NCBI GenBank assembly: GCA_937982515.1
Contig: CALJMB010000326.1
Coordinates: forward strand, 1-55,822
Direction of reading: 5' to 3'
From: an uncultured Balneolaceae bacterium
Lineage (GTDB): Bacteria > Bacteroidota > Rhodothermia > Balneolales > Balneolaceae
Length of the DNA stretch: 55,822 nucleotides
In this document: positions 21,054 through 27,437 of the stretch, one piece after another
Position numbering within the stretch: position 1 is the stretch's first letter
Layout of the letters: the number at the start of each line of letters is the position of its first letter
Translations under genes and position numbers: made by a program
Notes under the pieces: generated by a model
Seen by the model: only the letters and a program-made list of their open reading frames with translations
The model's database searches: none
Told to the model about the DNA's origin: nothing

Positions 21054-21282
21054 AAGGAGCGGTTGAACGAAGAATGGACACAATAGAATCCCCCGTTAAA
21101 GGGGGCAAGGGGGGGATGACCGGGAAAGCAGACCTGCTTCTTTAGATTTAAGAACCAAGGCTAAATCCATAGCCGGTCATCCCTCTGCTCTCTGCATCCG
21201 CTTTCTTCCTTCAAAGGAGACGTGTGCACGCCCTCTAAAAATTCCATCCGCTAAACATCTTAACAACAAAACCCAGGCAAAA

Positions 21283-22237
21283 ATGACACCATCCGTAATA
21301 GCATACATCCTGTTATTAATACTTCTGTTTACAAGTTGTTCATCCGATCACGCCGGAGATGGAACAGAAATTGAAAGTTATTTTGGAACCAGACTGACAG
21401 CGGCGGCAGTAGACAGCGCTCTGGAAGCTGCCATGAAAAAGTACAACATTCCGGGGCTCTCATTCGCGCTTATCAACGGCGGACAGACTGTACATCGCAA
21501 GACGCTGGGGTAGGCGAACCTCGCCCGGAAGGCGCCGGTAACCGGGCAGACCATATTTGAGGGGGCATCCCTGTCAAAGTCTGTATTCGCCTTCTTTGTG
21601 ATGACCTATGTTGAAGAGGGCAGGCTGGATCTGGATCGCCCGCTGTATGAATACCTGCTGTATCCCGACATTGCACATGGCCAGCGCTATAGGAAGATTA
21701 CGGCGCGGATGGTGTTAAGCCACTTGAAAACACCGATTGGAAGGGGCCGGAGGCGGCCTTTCAGCCTGTGAATGTCAACACGCCCTAGGGATGAGTCATA
21801 CCGTGTTCATCCAGACCCCCTACACGAGAAAACACAAAGCCGAACCTTATGATGCAGGCAATATGTGGGTAGACTGGAAAAATGACTATTGGTATAAAAA
21901 AGCAGACGGCCAATTTAACGCCGCCTCTTCCCTGCATTCCGAAGCGGTGGATTTTGCCAGGTGGATGATGGCCGTCATGAATAAAGAGCTGTTCACGCCG
22001 CATTCGTCCGTCCCTTCCGGCGGAGACAGAGACGTCTCGTACACCCTGGGATTCATGAAACCGCACATCCCGGATACAGATCTATACTTTCATGGCGGTG
22101 ACAATACCGGATTCACCAGCTTCTATGTGCTGGACCCGGAAAAGGACTGGGGGCATGTGGTGTTTACCAACTCCGAGTATGGTGAGGATCTGGGTAATGA
22201 TCTGACGGATTTTTTGATGGTGGATCCCAATCGATGA
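21283..22237 (+). pseudogene. Beta-lactamase-family serine hydrolase pseudogene
   Basis: Lipoprotein signal, then ..HRKTLG*ANL (in-frame TAG 21511-21513). The SxxK motif GASLSKSVFA lies after the stop. Frame is lost near 21725 with an apparent internal deletion. The C-terminal part (21737..22237) carries HGGDNTGF. Confidence 0.7.
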
Positions 22238-22256
22238 GCGTCGCGTGAGCAGGCGG

Positions 22257-22288
22257 GGCCTTGGAGGTTTCCAAAAACCTCCAAGGCC
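22257..22288 (+). terminator. Perfect hairpin GGCCTTGGAGGTTT-CCAA-AAACCTCCAAGGCC
   Basis: 14-bp inverted repeat read directly, 20 nt after the pseudogene stop. Confidence 0.65.
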
Positions 22289-22305
22289 TTATTCGACGAT
22301 CGTTA

Positions 22306-22463
22306 CGGTACAAGGCGCCTGTATTACCCTTACAGGGTGCTTGTACTACCGTTACAAGGTGTCTGTACTAGTCGGTACAAGGTGTTTGTACTAGTCGGTA
22401 CAAGGTGCTTGTACTACCGGTACAAGGTATTTGTCCTTATCGATACAAAATGCGGGTCCTTAT
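22306..22463. repeat. Tandem array of 7 units of 22-23 bp, each built around GTACAAG-GTG-CTTGTAC
   Basis: Unit starts at 22306, 22329, 22351, 22373, 22396, 22418 and 22441; the central units are near-perfect and the outer ones degenerate. Confidence 0.85.
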
Positions 22464-22814
22464 CGGGAAGAGAAGTTGGGCCGGCGGAGATGGTGCATCA
22501 CCCCGTTAATAATAAGGGCCTGGCCACAGCCGGGCGGAGACAGGCGGGCGGTCCGTACTGCATCAAACCATTGGTTCGATCTGTGCCCATCTGTGGCTGC
22601 CCCGTCCGCGTTCATCCGGGCAGCTCCGCGGTTAACCTTCCGATTTCCAAGCCTGGGGCGTGTGGACAATCAGCCTGAGTATCTGGATGTGAAGGTGAAC
22701 CGCAGAGCGCATGGCGCAAAGCGCATAGCCTCCCCGGGGTTCACGCTATGCGCCTAACACAGCGATGCGCCTAATCCGCCCAAAGACACGCCGCACGTTG
22801 AATGTCCACCCGCT

Positions 22815-23990
22815 CTAGTACTGTGGCACGCTTTCATCTATTTCTTTCGACCACGCCAGAATTCCACCCTTCAGGTTGTACAGGTTATTGAAGCCGTACT
22901 TATCCCGAAGCTGACGGATGGCGTCGGCGCTGCGTTTACCGCTTCGGCAGTGAACCACCACTTTCTTATCACGGCTGATTTTGTCGGCATGGTCCAGCAC
23001 CGTATTGAGCGGGATAAGCTCTCCGCCAATTTCAGCGATCTCATACTCATGAGGTTCGCGCACGTCGATGAGCTGTATATCCTCGCCATGGGTAAGCCAT
23101 TCTTTATACTCCTGTACCGATACTTCAGGTATGTTCAGTTCGGCCTCCTGGCCCTGGCCCGGAATTCCGCAAAATGCCTGGTAGTCGATGAGTTCGGTAA
23201 GGGTGGGATGCTCTCCCGTCAAAGGGTTCTCCCTGTTTTTGGTGATCTTTACGGTTCGGGTCTTAAAGCTGAGCGCATCGAACAGGAAGAGCCGGCCCGC
23301 CAGGGGTTCTCCGATGCCGGTGATGATCTTAATCACCTCGCTTGCCTGCAGGCAGCCGATGATGCCGGGAAGTACGCCCAGAACGCCGGCTTCCGCACAG
23401 CTGGGCACCAGGCCGGGAGGGGGCGGTTCGGGAAACAGGTCGCGGTAGTTGGGCCCGCGGTTGCCTTCGTCGTCTACATAGTTAAAGACGGAGACCTGCC
23501 CTTCAAACTGAAAGATGGAGCCGTGCACGTTCGGTATATCCAGCATCACGCTGGCATCGTTGACCAGGTACCGGGTGGGGAAGTTGTCGGTTCCGTCGGC
23601 CACAACATCGTAACCTTTCAGGATGTCGAGGGCATTTTCGCTGGTTAGCTGTGTTTCATAGACATTGACGGTAATGTGCGGGTTGATTTCCAGCAGCCGT
23701 TCTTTGGTCACTTCTACTTTCGGGCGGCCAATGTCAGAGACGCCGAACAGAACCTGCCGGTGCAGGTTACTGGCTTCTATCTTATCAAAGTCGATAATGC
23801 CTATGGTGCCTACCCCGGCGGCTGCGAGATATTGAAGCATAGGCGCTCCGAGTCCGCCGGTACCTACAGCAAGTACTTTAGCCGCCTTCAGCTTTTTCTG
23901 GCCTTCCATACCAAACTCGGGAATGGTAAGATGACGGCTGTAATGGCCCAGTTCTTCTTTCGAAAACTCTACGTCGTTCCAGTTGTTCAT
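22815..23990 (-). CDS. moeZ: E1-like adenylyltransferase/sulfurtransferase (ThiF/MoeB domain fused to rhodanese), MoeZ-type
   Basis: 391 aa; GTGGLGAP nucleotide loop; C-terminal rhodanese with HCRSGKRS active-site loop. Confidence 0.9.
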   Translation of the reverse strand: MNNWNDVEFSKEELGHYSRHLTIPEFGMEGQKKLKAAKVLAVGTGGLGAPMLQYLAAAGVGTIGIIDFDKIEASNLHRQVLFGVSDIGRPKVEVTKERLLEINPHITVNVYETQLTSENALDILKGYDVVADGTDNFPTRYLVNDASVMLDIPNVHGSIFQFEGQVSVFNYVDDEGNRGPNYRDLFPEPPPPGLVPSCAEAGVLGVLPGIIGCLQASEVIKIITGIGEPLAGRLFLFDALSFKTRTVKITKNRENPLTGEHPTLTELIDYQAFCGIPGQGQEAELNIPEVSVQEYKEWLTHGEDIQLIDVREPHEYEIAEIGGELIPLNTVLDHADKISRDKKVVVHCRSGKRSADAIRQLRDKYGFNNLYNLKGGILAWSKEIDESVPQY

Positions 23991-24068
23991 GGTTTATATA
24001 TGGTTTTAGTTATCTACCCTTAATAAAGGGGGATTAAGAGGGGGCTTTAGATTCTGTGGCTCGATATT

Positions 24069-24344
24069 CTATATTCCGCCGGCAATAGCAGGGACGATGC
24101 TGATTTCTGTGTCCTCGCTTAGCTCAACGGAACCGTTTTCATTAGGGTTTACCTCGTTATCTTCGATGTATACCTTAATAAAGGATCGCACCTTGCCTTC
24201 TTCATCCAGCAGATTGTTTTTCACACCGGGATAGGTGGCTACCAGATGATCGATGGCATCGGACAAAGTCTGCCTGTCGGTTTCAAAGTTGCGCTTTTGA
24301 TCGGTGAATTTGCGCAGTGGCGTGGGAATGTTAATGGTTGCCAT
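24069..24344 (-). CDS. cysO: ThiS/MoaD-fold sulfur carrier protein (CysO-like) ending ..AGG-I
   Basis: Start placed at MATINIPTPLRKFT (Met18 of the ORF); 91 aa; C-terminus VPAIAGGI, i.e. one residue after the Gly-Gly. Confidence 0.8.
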   Translation of the reverse strand: MATINIPTPLRKFTDQKRNFETDRQTLSDAIDHLVATYPGVKNNLLDEEGKVRSFIKVYIEDNEVNPNENGSVELSEDTEISIVPAIAGGI

Positions 24345-24435
24345 GGTTGTGGTAGTAAATGTGTTGATGTTTTGTGTAATATGGTATGGCCTCAAAGGGC
24401 CGGAGGTAGTGGCCTTCTATTCATTCGTTGGCGTA

Positions 24436-24870
24436 TTATTGGCCATTTATAAGCGGTTGTGTTTCCAGCGGTTCCTCCCCGAACCGGCGCTCGTTGTTCA
24501 GCCGCCATGAGCGTATATCGGCTGCTTTTCCATCCTGTACTGAAATGATGATATAGGAGAAAAAGGGCATTGCCGCTTTACGATCGTGTTCGGATGGTTC
24601 GGCTGGATGGTCCGGATGCGAATGATAGATGCCCAAAAAGTCCAGACCGTTTTCATCCGCGTATGCCTCCGCTTTCCGGTAATCCTGAGGGTCGATACGA
24701 AAGCGTCTGCGCTGATCGCCCTCTTTGGCGTTGGTTACCCGCTGTACGTGTGAGACGACGCGCTCTTCCCCGTCCTCCCCGAAGAAAAATCCGCAACATT
24801 CATTGGGGTAGATTTCTTCCGCGTGGTTTTGCATGTAGACGGTTACTTCATCTTTGAGTAAGAGTTTCAT
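24436..24870 (-). CDS. mec: JAMM/MPN+ metalloprotease (Mec-like)
   Basis: 144 aa; NECCG glutamate motif and exact JAMM signature HSHPDHPAEPSEHD (HxH-x7-S-xx-D). Confidence 0.9.
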   Translation of the reverse strand: MKLLLKDEVTVYMQNHAEEIYPNECCGFFFGEDGEERVVSHVQRVTNAKEGDQRRRFRIDPQDYRKAEAYADENGLDFLGIYHSHPDHPAEPSEHDRKAAMPFFSYIIISVQDGKAADIRSWRLNNERRFGEEPLETQPLINGQ

Positions 24871-24894
24871 GGATATAATTTATGGATGCAACGT

Positions 24895-25848
24895 TTACGT
24901 CTTGTTAAAAAGGTGATTCATAACTTCTCCATACTTGCTGCCGTCATCGGGAAAGACGGTTACCACCGTTCCTTCTTCTAGTTCATCTGCCAGTTGCAGC
25001 GCGGCCGCGAGATTGGCTGCGGAAGAAGGGCTCAGTAATAAACCTTCTCTGGATGCAGCCAGCTTTATCGTTTCGTGTGCTGTTTCTGTACCGATACTCC
25101 TGATTTCATCCGGCAGGGTATCATCATATATACCCGGAACGAGGGCTGTTTCCAGGTGTTTCCAGCCTTCCAGTCCATGCATAGGCAGGTCGGGTTGAAG
25201 CGCTATGACACGTATATCCGGATCATATTCTTTGAGGCGCCTCCCCGTACCCACGACGGTTCCGGTAGTGCCCAGTCCCGCTATGAAGTGGGTGACACCG
25301 TACTCCGACTGCTCCAGTATTTCAGGGCCTGTGGTATCGTAGTGAGCTTTCCAGTTACTCTCATTTCCATACTGGTCGGCAAAGAAGTAGGTGTCGGGGT
25401 CATCTTCGAATAGTTGCCGCGCAATTTCCTGAGCCTCGTCGGTTGTACCTGTCATAGAAGTTAAACGGAGATCTACCCCTAACGCTCTTAAAATCCTTTT
25501 TCGTTCGTTTGTGGCGTTTTCAGGCAGGCATAGTGTAACCGGTATGCCCAGCGCCGCCCCGATGTGAGCGTATGCAATACCTGTGTTACCACTGCTGGCA
25601 TCCAGCAACCGTTTACCGGGAATCAGGGCGCCTTGATGAATGGCATCTTTGATAATTCGATACGCCGGGCGCGCCTTGACACTTCCGCCGAATTGCTGCC
25701 ATTCCAGTTTTGCAAATATACGTACCTTCTCATTGCGGTTGATATTAGTGACATGATAGAGAGGGGTACCTCCTATAAAGGGGGCCAGCCGATTGCTTTT
25801 AGCTGCCAGATTAGCCTCTGGATTTTTAATCAGATTAATAGTGTTCAT
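24895..25848 (-). CDS. cysM: PLP-dependent cysteine synthase, CysM/CysK family
   Basis: 317 aa; PLP lysine context GGSVKARPA; SSGNTGIA loop; first gene of the cysM-mec-cysO-moeZ string. Confidence 0.9.
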   Translation of the reverse strand: MNTINLIKNPEANLAAKSNRLAPFIGGTPLYHVTNINRNEKVRIFAKLEWQQFGGSVKARPAYRIIKDAIHQGALIPGKRLLDASSGNTGIAYAHIGAALGIPVTLCLPENATNERKRILRALGVDLRLTSMTGTTDEAQEIARQLFEDDPDTYFFADQYGNESNWKAHYDTTGPEILEQSEYGVTHFIAGLGTTGTVVGTGRRLKEYDPDIRVIALQPDLPMHGLEGWKHLETALVPGIYDDTLPDEIRSIGTETAHETIKLAASREGLLLSPSSAANLAAALQLADELEEGTVVTVFPDDGSKYGEVMNHLFNKT

Positions 25849-25955
25849 TTAAAGTATGCCTTGAGTTGGAAGTTGAGAAAAAGCCCGACGGAGGTTGAAC
25901 TTCAGGATCAGACTTTGTTACCGGTAAGAGAGATAAGTATGGGTAAAACGGTAAC

Positions 25956-26039
25956 TTAACTACAACAACAGCAACAACACGCCGCACAGCAGCAGCGGTT
26001 GGAAGGAAAATAATTTAGTATGTTGGTTGCTGTTTTCAA
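25956..26039 (-). promoter_or_regulatory. Cys-codon-rich leader ORF (27 codons, TTG start) upstream of cysM: (M)KTATNILNYFPSNRCCCAACCCCCCS*
   Basis: Translated by hand from the minus strand; 9 Cys in the last 12 codons (TGC/TGT); stop TAA at 25956-25958; 108 nt upstream of the cysM ATG; aligns in register with the plus-strand leader. Confidence 0.65.
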
Positions 26040-26295
26040 TCTGTAATCGCTTTTAAGCCAGACCAGCCTGGCTATATGAAGTTAATAAAAACTGTGATTA
26101 ATCCAAGGCTAGATGCTGTAAAAAAGGTTTTTCGCCCTTTCGGCATAACCAGGGTTCGCTAAAAAGAGTTCAATTTGGAAAGGAATAATTTTTTTATAAT
26201 TTCTCTTGACATCAATCCTCAGAGTTTATAATCTGTTGGCGGTGCTGAAGAAACCGCTGGCACCAACGTTTTTCATTACACATTTAGTACTATTT

Positions 26296-26412
26296 ATGAG
26301 CTTTCTCAACAACATCCAAAACTTTTTCGTTGCATACATGTGCGCTTGTATGATGTGTATCTGTTGTTGTATGGATACCGTAAAAGGTAGTGGATGGAGC
26401 ATTCTCAAATAG
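26296..26412 (+). promoter_or_regulatory. Cys/Met-codon-rich leader ORF (38 codons, ATG start): MSFLNNIQNFFVAYMCACMMCICCCMDTVKGSGWSILK*
   Basis: 3' part of the 68-aa track ORF 26206..26412; 6 Cys + 4 Met in 12 consecutive codons (26338-26373); followed by antiterminator/terminator elements. Confidence 0.7.
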
Positions 26413-26434
26413 TATATTAAAGGATCTAACTCAA

Positions 26435-26469
26435 AGCCCACTACCTGATACAGGTGGCGGGCTTTTTTT
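26435..26469 (+). terminator. Attenuator terminator AGCCCACTACCT-GATAC-AGGTGGCGGGCT + T7
   Basis: 12-bp stem (one mismatch, one G-U) followed by TTTTTTT; the 5' arm can alternatively pair with GGTAGTGG at 26386-26393. Confidence 0.8.
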
Positions 26470-26559
26470 GTATCTGCGGAAGATCTCCCCCTCCTGTGTC
26501 AGCAAAAGGGCTTTGTGGAATTTTAACTAATCACCACTAAACACAAAGTCAAAACTATT

Positions 26560-27402
26560 ATGGCTGACGTAATAACCAATCAAAAAGTACTGGTAACGAC
26601 CGACTGGGCGGCCGAACATCTGAATGATGAAGGCATCCGGTTTGTGGAAGTCGATGTAAATACCAAATCTTATGACTCCGGGCACATACCGGGAGCTGTA
26701 GGCTGGAACTGGAAAAAAGAGTTGCAGGATCAGCTACGGCGAACCATCGCGTCGAAAGATGATTTCCAGCAATTGCTGAGTAAATCGGGTATCAGCAACG
26801 ATACAACCATTATCCTTTACGGCGATAACAACAACTGGTTTGCCGCCTGGGCCTATTGGCTTCTCAAATACTACGGCCACGAAGATGTGAGAATTCTGGA
26901 TGGCGGGCGGAAGAAGTGGGAAGCGGAAAACCGTGAGTTGACTACCGATGTCCCAGAAGTCAATACAGCAACATATACCATTGACAAAATAAAAGGTGAA
27001 TACCGTGCCTTCCGCGATGATATCGCCAGGAACCTTGAAAACAGTGCCTTCGGCCTGGTGGATGTGCGTTCTCCAGATGAATTCTCAGGCAAAATTCTGG
27101 CCCCCCCGGGACTGAATGAACTTTCCCAGCGTCCCGGGCATATTCCCGGTGCGGCAAATATCCCCTGGTCTCAGGCCGTGAATGAAGACGGCACTTTCAA
27201 GAGCAAGGAAGAGCTGAGAAAGCTGTATGAAGGTCACGGCATCACGCCAGACAAGGAGATCGTTGCTTACTGCCGGATCGGTGAGCGCTCTGCTCACTCC
27301 TGGTTTGTACTCAATGAGTTGCTGGAGTACCCGAATGTGCGTAACTATGACGGTTCCTGGACCGAATGGGGGAACCTCATTGATGCACCTATCGAGAGAT
27401 AG
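26560..27402 (+). CDS. Two-domain rhodanese (thiosulfate sulfurtransferase)
   Basis: 280 aa; active-site loop YCRIGERSAHSWFVL, resembling actinobacterial CysA/SseC-type thiosulfate sulfurtransferases. Confidence 0.85.
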   Translation: MADVITNQKVLVTTDWAAEHLNDEGIRFVEVDVNTKSYDSGHIPGAVGWNWKKELQDQLRRTIASKDDFQQLLSKSGISNDTTIILYGDNNNWFAAWAYWLLKYYGHEDVRILDGGRKKWEAENRELTTDVPEVNTATYTIDKIKGEYRAFRDDIARNLENSAFGLVDVRSPDEFSGKILAPPGLNELSQRPGHIPGAANIPWSQAVNEDGTFKSKEELRKLYEGHGITPDKEIVAYCRIGERSAHSWFVLNELLEYPNVRNYDGSWTEWGNLIDAPIER

Positions 27403-27437
27403 ATAACCTCAACCCAAAGAAAAAGCACACATTCCTT

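Noticed and set aside
22306-22463. CRISPR array
   Set aside because: The units are directly adjacent (22-23-bp period) with no unique spacers between them, they degenerate at both ends, and there are no cas genes in the window.
22337-22757. Track ORFs of 113, 108 and 69 aa covering the tandem array and the GC-rich block
   Set aside because: They overlap one another in different frames and strands. The first is simply the repeat translated (YKVFVL iterations). None has a recognisable domain.
26206-26232. Sigma-70-type promoter TTGACA ... TATAAT for the plus-strand leader
   Set aside because: The hexamers are perfect, but the spacer is only about 15 nt, below the 17+/-1 optimum. The promoter consensus of this lineage is also unknown. 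I therefore did not list it as a feature.
26206-26412. The 68-aa track ORF taken as one full-length protein
   Set aside because: Its track start coincides with the TTGACA promoter-like hexamer (26206-26211). Only the distal 38 codons from ATG 26296 align with the minus-strand leader and fit the attenuator geometry.
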